This document shows, piece after piece, positions 50,317-62,869 of a DNA stretch of 64,000 nucleotides. Source of the stretch: Hemiscyllium ocellatum (Eukaryota); the NCBI RefSeq assembly GCF_020745735.1, contig NC_083408.1, positions 30,286,484-30,350,483 of the forward strand, given 5' to 3'. Position numbers and translations under genes: made by a program. The notes below the pieces were generated by a model. It had not been told where the DNA came from and did not search any database. It worked only from the letters and a program-made list of their open reading frames with translations. Position 1 is the stretch's first letter, and the number at the start of each line of letters is the position of its first letter.

Positions 50317-52321
50317 TTGAAGTGGGGAGCAAGAGAGAACTAGAAATCTGTTTCAGATATGAATGCCATAAATTTTGCTTTTTGCTGTCATTGACCTCAT
50401 GTCCACAAATATGTCATGTGATTTCAGGTTCTCCTTTAACTGTACAAATATTCAACAATTGCAATAACACTCCCTGCGTACAATTGAAAGGTACATGAAA
50501 TGTGAATATTACTGAGAAAAAAAACAGATTTCAGTCGATTCACTCATTAAACTCTTAACTCCGATAAAAGATGTTGTTAGATATCAAAATTCCTTGGCTA
50601 CAAAGTGGAAAACTGAAAGGTCATATCTTTAGTCAACAGCTCACTCATATACATTCTGACTTGCTCTGTTATTTTAAGCACTGGTATAGTTCAAGAAAAA
50701 AAATGCCTAAATTCTGATTCAAAGAACAAAGAAAATTGACAGCTCAAGAACAGGCCCTTAGGCCCTCCAAGCCTGAGCTGATCCAAATCCACTGACTAAA
50801 CCTATCACCCAAATCCTCAGGATCGCTCTGTTCCCCACTTACTCATGCATCTGTCCAGATGTACCTTAAATGAATCTACCGTGCCTGCCTCTACTACCTC
50901 ATTATTGATTCACAACCCTCATTATTATATTAACCCCGAAATAAAAATTTGAGGTGTGTGTACAAGCCAAAGTTAGAGAATTCAAGGAAACAAAAATACA
51001 GTCCTCTCTCCCTTTTGAAACCTCTTACAGGGCTTGTCCTAAGCAGGACAGACAAGAAAAATCTCACCACAAAATATAGCTTAGTCAAGACTTTAAAGTA
51101 CAGTCCAACAATCCAAATGACAAAGTTAAAATAATGCAACAATATAAAATCTTAGCAATGCGTCCAGATATAGTCACCCTTGCAACTTTACCCTATTTTC
51201 CATGCAAATTTCCAAAACCCAACCTCCAGTAATTTGTTGGTTCATGGGAAATGGGTGTCAATGGCGAGGCCAAAAGTTATTGCCCATTATTAATTGTCTG
51301 TGAAAATCCACCTTTTTGACAACTGTGTTTGTACCAGAGCATTCCAGAGGTCGGTAAAGAATCAATCACATGATTGAATGTCTGGATTCACATTTAGATC
51401 TGATCAGGAAAGGAGGCCAGAATTTCTTCCTGAATTACATTAGTGAACTAGATGAGGTTTTTTTCTGCAATCAAATAGTTTCAAGATTGCTGCTGCTAAT
51501 GCTAGCTTTTAGTCTAGATGTACTTAACTAATTGAATCTAAATTATCCAGCTAGAATGGTGGTATTTGAATGCATCTATGAATCATTAATCCAGGCATCT
51601 GGATCATGAATGTGGTAAAATAATCACTCTGCGATCATACCCAATTGGAAAAAGCAACTCTGGAAAGGGCAGAGAATCCATATTTTGGGGGAGGAGAAGG
51701 TGGTAGGAGGCATTAAATATTTATTACCAAGAACATTTCCTCTAAGCTGCAGGCAGTCCAAGGTTCCAAACGTTGCAGCCACAAATGAAGGTCAGAGGCC
51801 CACTCAACCAAAAAGATAATTAGTGGGAACACGGATCATCATGAGTGGCTCATTAGTGCCACTGCCACAAAAGTGGCAGAGTTTTAAAGGACATAACCGC
51901 CAGCAGAAACTGCAACAAGTTGTGGGGGAACCAAAAAGGAAATAAATAGCTTGAATTAATCCTCAACAACTATCATATTCGCACCTGTCCATAACAGTAT
52001 TAGCTGGACCGAATAGCGTACAATCCTTGTGGCGATGGAAGTCCTGTATTAACATTGAGAAACTTTCCACAGTGCTAGACTTGTGCTTAAATGGTAAAGA
52101 TTCCAAACAAGTCTTACAATTCAAAACTGAGCATACGCAAAGTACTGTGGCCATCAGAAGCAGAAAGATTGCATTCAACTATATTCTGTAAATTCATGGC
52201 CCAATATATTTCCCAGTCTATCATTAACATCAAGCCAGGGAATCAACTCTAATTCAAACAGTGCAACAGGCAGACCGATAAATGAAGTATTAACCTTTGT
52301 TATGCTACTACACAGGTCCAG

Positions 52322-52740
52322 GAGTGTGGTGCTGGAAAAGCACAGCAGGTCAGGCAGCATCCGAGGAGCAGAAGAATCAACGTTTTGGGCATAAGCCCTT
52401 CATCAGGAGTGGATGACATGGGGGGGTGCAGTGAGAAAGAGACTCCCTGAGAGCCTTGCAAAGAGAGGAGAAGAACTTCTTCAAGGTAGGCATCCTTGGA
52501 AGAGGCTTCTCAGTCGGGTTAAAATCAACTAAAAGAAAGTGAGGACTGCAGATGTTGGAGATCAGATCCGCAGTGCAGGGAAATTGACATTTCAGACATA
52601 AGCCCTTCATCAGGCTTCCTAATGAAGTGCTCACACCTGAAATGTCGATTCTCCTGCTCCTCGGATGCTGCCTGACCTGCTGTGCTTTTCCAGTGTGCCA
52701 CACTCTCGACTCTGATTCTAGCATCTGCAGTCCTCACTTT
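52322..52740. mobile_element. Penelope-derived composite: two tandem hammerhead repeats (minus) plus one inverted repeat (plus)
   Basis: TCATCAG (CTGATGA on minus) at 52400-52406 and 52607-52613; plus-strand ctaatgaagtgctcacacctgaaatgtc at 52619-52646; the spacer encodes MPTLKKFFSSLCKALRESLSHC on minus. Confidence 0.85.
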
Positions 52741-52829
52741 GGTTTGTAAGTAGTCCTGTGTGGTCAGACAAACAGTGGAAAACAGTTTGCAATAGTCAAA
52801 GTTAATGAACCCCATAACGAATGGATCAA

Positions 52830-55380
52830 ATCTTAGCTCTGCACCCTGCTACATTCAGTTGGAAATGGCATGGCAAATTAAAACCAACAGGAGGTAGTGA
52901 CTCCAGAAATAACCATCCCCATGGGCAGCCCATTAAGTCAGTGTAAAAGAACCTTCTCACCTAGGTACCCAGCTACCTAAATGTCAGTCTTCAGTAAATT
53001 TAATTCACTCCACCCAATATCAAGAAATGGTGGAATGCACTAAATATTGCCAAGACTATGGACCTTAACATTCTGGCTATAGCACTAAAGACTTGTGCTG
53101 TGGAACTACATATGCGCCTAGCCAAACTAATCTAGTACAGATTTGTGTCCTGGCTGCAAATAGTAGGACAAATAAAACCAGCCAATTCCCATCCCATCCC
53201 ATGTGCAACTCATCAACAAACAGATGGAAGGTGTTGTCAACAGCATAACCAAGTGGTTCTTGCTCAGCTATAATTGGGTCACTAACGATCAGGCTGAGTT
53301 CTGCCACGGCTACTCAACTACTGACCGCATTACAGACATGAACAAAAAGGTGACCATCCTCGGGTGTAATAGTGATTGCTCTTGAGATCAAGATGCCATC
53401 TCACCAGGTGTGGCAACAAGGAGCAGCAGCACAACTGACGGCAATAGGAATCCAGGAAAACGCTCCACTAATTGCACTTACAACTAGCACAAAGGAAATA
53501 GCTGCGGCAGTTGAACTTCAATCATCAATCATTTCAGCCCCAGAACATCACTGCACGGGTTCTTCAGGGTAGATAGATCACATTAACCTGTTCACAGATA
53601 TATGTCTGGAGCAGGTGGAACTTTAACCTGGGCCTCCTAGTTCATAGGTAGGAACTATGCCACTCTACCACAAATCTTGGATATTGTCCTAGTCCAAACA
53701 TCTTCAGCAGAAGGTTACCTTGATATAATGGGATCATGATCATATGGGCTAATGGGCTGAGGAGTGGCAGATGAAATTTAATTTAGATAAATGCAAGGTG
53801 CTGCATTTTGGAGCAGGACTTATACACTTAATGATAAGGTCCCAGGGAGTGTTCCTGAACAAAGAGTTTCTTGACAGTAGAGTCGTAGGTATATCGGACA
53901 GTGAAAGTGGCTTTTGGTATGCTTCCTTTTATTGGTCAAAGTACTGAGTACAGGAGTTGGGAGGACATGTTGCAGCTGTACAGAACATTGGTTAGGTCAT
54001 GTTTGGAATATTGCGTGCAATTCTGGTCTCCTTCCTGTTGGAAGAATATTGAGAGACATGAAAGGGCTCAGTAAGGATTTACAAGGATGTTGCTGGAGTT
54101 GGAGGATTTGAGCTATAGGAAAATATTGAACAGGCTGGGGCCATTTTCCCTGGAGCTTCAGAGGCAGAAGGGTGACCTTAAACAAGTTTCTAAAATCATG
54201 AGGGGCATGGATAGGCTAAATAGACAAGGTCTTTCCCCTGAGGTGGGGGAGTCCAGAACTAGAAAGCATAGGTTTAGGATGAGAGAAGAAAGATATAAAA
54301 GGGACCTGAGGGGCAATGTTCTCACACAGAAGGTGGTGTGTGTATGGAATGAGTTGCCAGAGGAAGTGAATGAGGCTGGTACAATTACAGCATTTGAAAG
54401 GCATCTGGGCAGGTATATGAATAGGAAGGGTTTAGAGGGATATGGGTCAAGTGCTGGCAAATGGGACTAGATTAGGTTAGGATATCTGGTTGGCATGGAT
54501 GAGTTGGACCAAAGGATCTGCTCCCATGCTATATATCACTATGAGCCTACGCAGCATCAATGATGCCTCCCACCACCATAAGGTCAGATTTGGGGATGTT
54601 CACTGATGATTGCATTATATTCAGCACCATTTGCAACTCTTCAAATACTGAAGCACGGTATGCCCATGTGGAGCAGGACCAAGACAACATGAAGTCTTGA
54701 TCTCATAAGTAGCAAGTAATGTTCGTGCCACATGAAGTGCAAGATAATGATCATCTCTGAAAGACAGTTTAGGCATCTTCTCTTGACATCCAATAGCATC
54801 CAGACCCCCGCACAAGCAGCATTCCAAAGATTACTATTGACTATAAACTGTACTGGAACTGCAACATAAATGCTGTAGCTACAAGAGCAGGCCAAAGGCC
54901 CTACTCTCCTCAAAAGCTGTCCATCTACAAGTCAAACTTGTATTTGAATACTTTACACTTGCCAAATGCAGCAAAATCAAAACAAACTAGATTGGCATCA
55001 TGAAGGATAAAACAGCCCAGTCCACCAGCAGCACACAGTGCACACCATTTTAAAGATCCACTGCAGCAATGTGTCAAGAGCACTTGCCAAACCCATGGCT
55101 TCTACCACCTCGAAGGACAAGGATAAGTATTGTAAAGGAACTCTACCACCTGCAAGTTCTTCTTCAAGCCACACAATATCCTGGCTTGGAACTATATTTC
55201 TATTCCTTCACTTTCACTGGGTCAAAATCCTGGAACTCATTTCCTAACAGCACAGAGTATGTTTAAGCGTTATGAACTCCAGCATCTTAAGAAGGCAAGC
55301 TCACCATTCATTTTGAGGGCAGTTAGAGATGGAAAATGAATTGCTAGCTTTGCCAGCTACACCTACATTCCACAAATGAA
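52830..55380 (+). mobile_element. Decayed L2/CR1-group LINE interrupted by a SINE head (~53578-53675) and a CR1 fragment (53712-54548)
   Basis: IALEIK..HQVWQQG, GMFTDDC (~54592-54613); the CR1 insert encodes LEYCVQFWSP and RGNVLTQKVVCVWN. Confidence 0.7.
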
Positions 55381-56774
55381 GTGTACACCCAACAGTCAAA
55401 TCAAATTTGTTGTCAATAAAATTTTGACAAATTTTCTCTTCTTGCCCAAATACAACAATGAATGTCTTGCTTAGACAGCAATGTTATACCTTCAAAACAA
55501 GAATTCTCTGTTTTCAAATCATATCCTCAATCCTCTTGACTATTAAAGCTAAGCACCTTTACCATGCCAAGATCCAAGACCATGCCTACAATCAGCTCCA
55601 TGCAGAGCTCCTGTTTGAGTCAGATTCTCTTTCTGAATCCTCTTGTTCCATGATCACCAGCATCCTCTGTGAAGAGGAGTTGCCTGTCTAAACCTCTGTA
55701 GTACTGTGCAGGTTCCATTTCTCTTCTCAATAGTCCATCTCTATCTTGAATGGTACTCATTTTATCCATTTGACTACATACCTAGAAGTGGCTTCTGACA
55801 ATAATCTAATATAATAACCACAAGAGTATACACAAAATTCAACCTGTGTTCCTCCCTTCATTTCATTTGCAGAGATCAGACCCTGCATGGATGCTGGTAA
55901 TATTCAGTTCGTCCTCTTCACTTGAATTATTAAAATGCCTGACACCAAGTTGCAGACAGATGAGATAGAACATTCTCAAATTTAACACTGGGTAAACCAA
56001 ATCAATTTTAATCATCTGCAATTAAAAACTATGTACCAGTAGGCTACCTGCACCTAACCTCACCAGTAGCTTTTCAGCTTTAACCAGCTGATTTTGTTCA
56101 ATGAAGTTGAGCTTCAACTATCAAGTGATCCATCAAGTCTACTTAATACAAAATTGCTGGCCTTTATCACAAGTGCAACACTTATTATTCAATACCTGAA
56201 AACTGACAGCCTCAAAACCCTCAATCCCTCCTCAATCTACAACTAGCAGAAAAATAAATCATTCATTCCTTTCCTGTAGAAAAAAAATGCCAATTTACTG
56301 ATCATCTATTGTCAGCTTCTCCTGGATCTTTGTCCTCCAACATGTGGATTCAAATTAATGTTTTTTGCTAACGAATCCCTTCATAAATCCAGTACAGTAT
56401 TTTAACTCCATTCAATTTATGTTCTTCACATTAACCTGTTCACAGATATATGTCTGGAGCAGGTGGAACTTTAACCTGGGCCTCTGACCTTTGCTTTTAG
56501 TGCTCCCCTGCGGGCCCATCAGGGATGGAGTTTTCAATGTTCTTAGCCCCAACTGGCAAAGTGTGTTGAGATAGGGCAACTATTTAGTTCCAGTGCACTC
56601 AAAAGTCTAAAGTACGGCAGAGATGGTAAGTAATGAGGACAAATAGTCTTGAAACTACTATTATCTAATAAGGAATGTGGGGAAAACAAAGCACAGTTAG
56701 AGACAATTAACTTTTAAAATACAGTCTAATGACTGCTTGAAAATCCATTGAAATAAATACAATGCATTACAAAC

Positions 56775-56869
56775 CTTTCAGCAACAGCAAGAAGGCGTTC
56801 TGGGCGAAAAGTTCCTTCAGTGTCAATATACATAGCTTTTCCCTCTCCGCCGCCACGGTCAATAGGTAG
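56775..56869 (-). CDS. RAD51: RAD51 coding exon (exon 6 equivalent)
   Basis: ACAG|CTACCTATT...GAAAG|GTTTGT; 95 bp; [31 protein letters not shown](R). Not in the ORF track; read manually. Confidence 0.98.
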
Positions 56870-57333
56870 CTGTAAGTCAAAGAAAGTTTCAACAAAATAT
56901 TTGCCCTTTTACCATCAGTAGGTTTCATCTTCTCGTAACGGCCTTTAAATAAGAACCATTTTGTTTCACTACAATGACTTCTGATGCTGAACAGCTACCA
57001 CTGCCATGAGATAACAGTGACCCCATATGCAGTGGGAGCAGCACAAGGCATGTGCATTTTTTCATCCAACTATCAAAACAATGTTAATTGGATTATGGCA
57101 CAGGCGGAATTCTTCTAATAGGTCGCATAATTATAAGCAGGTTCAAAAGAAATTGCCAAGTGGCATAAGTTACTTCCCCAGAGCAAAATAAACACATACA
57201 GTAGATACTCAAGCTCGGGATGCCACCGGCAGAAAGGAAAGGATAGATGTTAGTTAACTGTTCATGAAAAACAAAATCAGACAGAATTGCTGGTGCAGTC
57301 CAGGGAAGCAGGCGGTAACTTCAATAGGCAGGT

Positions 57334-57540
57334 GTTAAAAATCTCACAACACCAGGTTATAGTCCAACACGTTTATTTGGAAGCATTAGCTTTTGGAGCG
57401 CTGCTCCTTTATCAGGTGGTTGAGACTTCGGAGCAGCGCTCCAAAAGCTAATGTTCCAAATAAACCTGTTGGACCATAACCTGGTGTTGTATGATTTTTA
57501 ACTCTGTACACCCCAGTCCAACACAGGCACCTCCAAATCA
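57334..57540. mobile_element. Foldback Penelope-derived element (AGCT family) in RAD51 intron 5
   Basis: gttaaaaatctcacaacaccaggttatagtccaac...ggagcgctgctcc mirrored by ggagcagcgctcc...gttggaccataacctggtgttgtatgatttttaac (to 57502), plus a one-sided tail. Confidence 0.88.
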
Positions 57541-57623
57541 TCAACAGACAGACTAAGTGAAAAATTCAGTGATTGAACTAATGTGATCAAATGAGGATAA
57601 AATAATTGGGAAAAATACACTAC

Positions 57624-57715
57624 CTGACACGTTACTGCCAACGTGTGACAGAGTTGGGTCTTCCCAGTCCGAAACTCTCCAAACATCTCAGTGATTGAAC
57701 CAGTCTCAATTCCAC
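57624..57715 (-). CDS. RAD51: RAD51 coding exon (human exon 5 equivalent), Walker A
   Basis: Minus strand TTCAG|GTGGAATTGAG...TGTCAG|GTAGTG; 92 bp, as in human exon 5; translates (G)[30 protein letters not shown] with P-loop GEFRTGKT. Confidence 0.98.
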
Positions 57716-57825
57716 CTGAAACATCAAGAGCAAATTATGTCTCAGTACAATATGGTCAGGGTCTTTATCCAGGAAAAAACAAAAGCATATTAGTTTCTGA
57801 TTAAAGTAAAGCAGGTACATACGCT

Positions 57826-58052
57826 TAAATGAAAACAGAATGTGGTGGAGAAACTCAGCAGGTCTGGCAGCATCTGAGGAGAGAGGAACAACAGTGAATG
57901 TTTCAAGTCTCGTATAACTTTTCTTCTGAAGAAAAGTTGCACTGGACTCGAAACTTAATGGTTTTTCTCTTTCTGTACAGAAGCTGCCAAACCCGCTGAG
58001 TTTCTCCAGCACATTGCTTATTTCAGCCCAGCATCAGCAGTATTTTGCTTTT
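57826..58052. mobile_element. Foldback Penelope-derived element (third family) in RAD51 intron 4
   Basis: ggagaaactcagcaggtctggcagcatctg / cagaagctgccaaacccgctgagtttctcc; axis aacttttcttc-t-gaagaaaagtt with CTGAAGA...ggactcGAAAC. Confidence 0.8.
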
Positions 58053-58309
58053 AATTACATACACTAAATGCTGGCTACACAAAACCTGAAGCAATCCTAA
58101 AACTGATATTTTTTAGAATGTGCTCGGAGTCATGTTTTTCATTAATTAAAGTCAACTTCAACATATTTTCAGTGAAGTACTGCATGATGTTAGATTGTTG
58201 TCTCTTTCGCCAGTGTCTATCCTCATGCTCCAACTAACTCTTGACACCACACAACCCTGACCAGTCTGAACCACTCAACCTAAAATCTGGCAAAATTTTA
58301 TTAAAACAT

Positions 58310-59590
58310 TTAAATAGGGAAAATAATCTTTGACAAACTCGAGCTTGTTTGAGGATGTTACTTCTCATACAAAGACAATCCAGTGAAAGTAGTATATGTA
58401 GATTTTCAGATGGCTGTTAAGGCCCCATGAGGATAGGAAATAAAATTAGTGCACTGTGGTTGAGGGGAATATGCTATAGATTGAGAAGTATTTAAGAGAC
58501 AGAAAGTATGGACTAAGAATAAATAGAACGTTACCAGGATCGTAGACCTAGAATTCCTACAGAATGGAAGCAGGGCATTTGGCCAGAGTACACACCAACT
58601 TTCTGAACAGCATTCCACCCTGCTACCCTACCCTACCCTGAATTTCCCCTTAATCTGCACATCCTTGGATTGCCTGTTTTTTTTTTATGTGGGGGAGGTG
58701 GGGGGGTGGGGGAAGAGAAGAAAGAGAATTGGACCACCTGCAGGAAACCCACATAGACATGGGGGGAACGTGCAAACTCCACACAGTCACTCAAAGCTGG
58801 AATCAAACCTGGGTCCCTGACACTATAATGTGCCACAAGAATCAATGCACAACCACACACAATCAATTTATTGAAACGATTTGGATATGGTAATCGTATG
58901 AAACATTTTCAAATTTGCAGATGACAATAAACTATGTCGGAAGCAACTTTAGGGGGAAACGAGGACGTATTAAGACGACTTAGGGGAGACTAAGTGGATG
59001 GACTAATTCATAGCTACTTATTCAGTTGTACAAAACCTTTGTGAGCTCTCACTTGGAATGTTGCATACAGCTTTGGTCCCTTGATCTGAGAAAGGATGTA
59101 TATACCATAGAGGGACTGCAATTAAGCTGACTAGATTAATTACAGGGATGGTAGGACTGTCTTCTGGGGAGACTGGGTCTGTGTTTCACAGAATCTTGGG
59201 GAACAAGGTGTCACCTCATCAAAACATACAAAATTATTATAAGGCATTCTTTATAGCATGAACGTAGATAAGCTGCATCTCCTGGCTGGTAAATCTAAAA
59301 CCAAGCGACAACCTCAGGATAAGGGATAGGTCATTTAAGACCAAAAGAAAGAGGAATTTCCTCACTTGGATGATGGTAATTCTTGCAAATTCTCTATTCC
59401 CATAGGGTTGCAGTAGCTCGATCATCAAGTATGTTCAAACCCAGAAATTACGGGATTTCTGGAGACTAATGGTATCAACAGATGTGGTGATAATACAGGA
59501 GAGTGGCATTCAGGTAAATGCTTGCCCATACTTTAATTTAATGGTGAACAAGGCTCAATGAGCAGAATGGCCTATTTCTGTTCCTACAAC
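58310..59590 (+). mobile_element. Old CR1 fragment interrupted by a minus HE1-type SINE (~58545-58860)
   Basis: YVDFQMA, KFADDNKL, HLECCIQLWS remnants; SINE reverse complement tgcaaactccacacagtca. Confidence 0.72.
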
Positions 59591-61079
59591 TGTCATTAAG
59601 AGTCACCATGGGTTGGAGACAAGAAAGATTTTTCTACTTGTGGGGGAGATCAGAACAAGGGGTCAAGGTTAAAATTAAACATCCAGGCCCTGCCATCACG
59701 AGTATGCCCTTGTTGCAGTATGTGGTACATCGTTGCTTTTTCCCAGCAAATTCCTGAGGCTTCTTCAAAACTTAAACTCCCAAAACCTAGAAGAACAAGT
59801 ATAACCCACACAAGGAACATGATGTGCTCATGTTCTTCTTTAATTAACACATCCTCTTGACTTGGATATCGGATGGCCACTCCATTATCATTGAGTTTAA
59901 ATTCTCCCCAGAAATGTCAACATCCCAAAGAGGTAAAATGCATGCATTTTCATAATTTAAAAAATCAGTCAATTTACCTACAGAAAATATCATATGACCA
60001 AGCATTCAGCACTTTCGGGGAGAGAATTTACATAGTCCAAAAGGTATAGCAGCAGGTACTTCCTGATTTCCATCCCAAATAGTTCTGCTGTAATTTCATA
60101 AGTCCTTGTGCTGAATTTCCCCACTAAAGAAAATAGCTTAATTGTATCTAACTTCATAAATCTGTATTGATCTAAACAAATTAATCACTTGAATATTGAA
60201 GTAAATATAAATAAAGTTTATTCAGTTTGTCCAGTTTAACCACTTAAACCCTCCTCTCATAGTGAATTTGTTTTGTAATGCTCCAAGGCCAATAAATCTT
60301 CCAACGTTGAATGCACTACGTCAGGAGTCCTGATGAATCACTGCTCACCTAAATCATTACTTCTCCATTATATTCTAGCATGTTAAGATAGACTAATGGA
60401 ATATTAGACACGTTTTGTCATTATTGGTATCTTCAGGCCTAAAATTACATTGATAGGTATGTAAAACGTAACTGACAGAATAATTATGTGTAGAAAGGAG
60501 AATTTAATTTCTGTGGATTGCAAGGCATACGGTGCAAGGATCCGGCTACTGCTTTTACTGTTTAGGCGAAAATCACTTGTATATGGTTGTATAAAGTCTA
60601 AAGAGAACCCCGGTCAGTTTGTTTCATACCCTCCCACCCGCTTTCTAGAGGAGGGGATAAAGAAGTATTTCATTATTTCTACAAAAAAAATCTCATGGAA
60701 CATACCCACTGCTATTACGTACCTTACTATTGCTCTTTCCTCTAATGAAATTGAACAAACTTTTTTTAAGGAAATTAAATTATAGTAATTCATCAAAGAT
60801 GGTCAAGTAAATCACACGTGCAATACAGAAGACTCTATTACATAACTGCTGGAATTTAAAATTTATTTATTTATTCAATCAATTCATATAATGGTCTCAA
60901 ATTGAAACTCAGTAATGACAGCATGATCGACTGTTTACAAAACTCCAATCTGGTTCAGTAATGTCCTTTAGGACTCCAGGAGACAACAATATCATTGATT
61001 TTTAAATGCCCTCAAAGCCATGTAGTTAGGAATTTGCATAATTGATACCATATTGGTCAATGATTTCAGTAAATCTCTC

Positions 61080-61990
61080 TGCACCAGCTCTTCAGCCGAG
61101 CATTCATCTCCTCTACCCTCCTATTCCTACCCTCACTAGCTTGTGACACAGGGAGTAATCCAGACATTACTACCTATGAGGATGTACTTTTTAAATTCCT
61201 GTCTAACTTCCTGCATTCTCTCTCAGAATCTCATCCTTTTCTCTTCCTACATCGTTAGCTCCAATGACCTCCTGCTGGTCCATCTCCCCTTGGAGAATAT
61301 TCTGCACTGTCTGAAAAATGTGTTGCTGGAAAAGCGCAGCAGGTCGGGCAGCATCAAAGGAGCAGGAGAATCGATGTTTCGGGCATAAGCCCTTCTTGAA
61401 GAAGGGCTTATGCCCGAAACGTCGATTCTCCTGCTCCTTTGATGCTGCCTGACCTGCTGCACTTTTCCAACAACACATTTTTCAGCTCTGATCTCCAGCA
61501 TCTGCAGTCCTCACTTTCTCCATTCTGCACTGTCTCCAAGGTATCCTTGATCCTGGCACCAGGGAGGCAATACACCATTCTGATGTCTCGTGTCAGCCGC
61601 AGAAACATTTGTCTTAATTTCTGACTAGACAGATCCTTAACACAATCAATAACTTGAGACCTGACATACCCCTTGTTACATTATAGCTAGTCTCTGTACT
61701 CGAAACCCGACTGTCAGTGCTACATTCTTCAGAGTGCATCGCCCCTTACATTTTCCAGAACAGTATACTTATTTTAGAGGAGGATAGCCACAGGAGACTC
61801 CTGCCTACTTGTCTTCCTCTCCTACTATTCCTGGAGGCAACCAATCTACCTGACTGTATCTTCAGTTTATCTCCCTCATTGCAACTGCCATTCATTATAC
61901 CCCCTAGCTCCTGTAAATTCCTCACTGCCTCTAACTGCTGCTCCAACCTAACCTCTTTTTGTTTCCAAAGATCCAAAACAAAATCAACCA
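61080..61990 (-). mobile_element. CR1 ORF1 fragment (coiled coil + SGNH esterase)
   Basis: RLEQQLEAVRNLQE; RMVYCLPGARIKDTLETVQN|ILQGEMDQQEV..IGANDVGREKDEILRE after removing the 61313-61535 insert and one TSD copy. Confidence 0.85.
61311..61521. mobile_element. Young Penelope-derived foldback element with 14-bp TSD
   Basis: 87-bp arms (61311-61397, 61399-61485), 4 mismatches, 1-nt loop; TSD ATTCTGCACTGTCT at 61299-61312 and 61522-61535. Confidence 0.93.
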
Positions 61991-62869
61991 GTTCTCTAAC
62001 AGTAACTACTCCTCCTAGAATTCAAGGATATCAGCTGCAACACTGAAAGTACCTCAAAAACGTAGAGTAGCCATTACACCCACAGGTTTTCCCATCTTCC
62101 ATCTCGGATTACAGAATCCATGTGTTCTTCGTTTCTAAACTTTCATTAAAAGAGAAACAGCTTTTTTGACAGCATATTTGGTGTTTGATGAATAAACTAA
62201 AAAAGGTCAGAGGAACGCTAATGATGGTGAGTAAAACTGGTAGAGATTTGAGCAAGTGTGAGAGAGAAGAACATGCAAATAAAGAGAAAAAATATACAAT
62301 GAGCAAATCAATGAGCCATTGTTTACTGCACTAATGAAAACAGAGAAGAAACTTTGAAGCTAAATTAGAACGCATTATAGATGTACACAACACCAGACTG
62401 TAAGAAAGATTTTGGAGATGTTCATGGCAAAAGCAACCAAGTTTTCAAATAAGCAATAAGGTGAGCAAAGAATTAGTGAAACCATGCTGGTGAGATGGAT
62501 GCAGCTTCAATGCCCAAGAAGCAGAAAATAGGAGCAGAAGTAGACCATTCAGCCTTTCGTCTTGTTCTGCCATTCAACATGATCATGACTAATCATATAA
62601 TTCAGTACTCTGTCCCCACTTTCGCCACATGCCATTTGATCCCCTTAGCCTTAAGAACTACAACCAACTCCTTCTTGAAAACATTCAGTCTTTTGGCCTC
62701 AACTGCCTTCTGTGGTTCCACAGGCTTTCTACTCTGAAGAAATTTCTCCTCATCTTAATGTTATATAGCCTATGCTATTTCATTAAACTGTGACCTCTGT
62801 CTAAAATGATTGAAATAACTGTAAGATCACACTGAACTAATCTTAGGCAAACTTAGAAACTCTATTAGT

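Noticed and set aside
49870-50498. Acidic ORFs around the GAGGAT repeat as an exon or Harbinger transposase tail
   Set aside because: The low-complexity repeat explains the ORFs; there are no diagnostic motifs or convincing splice sites.
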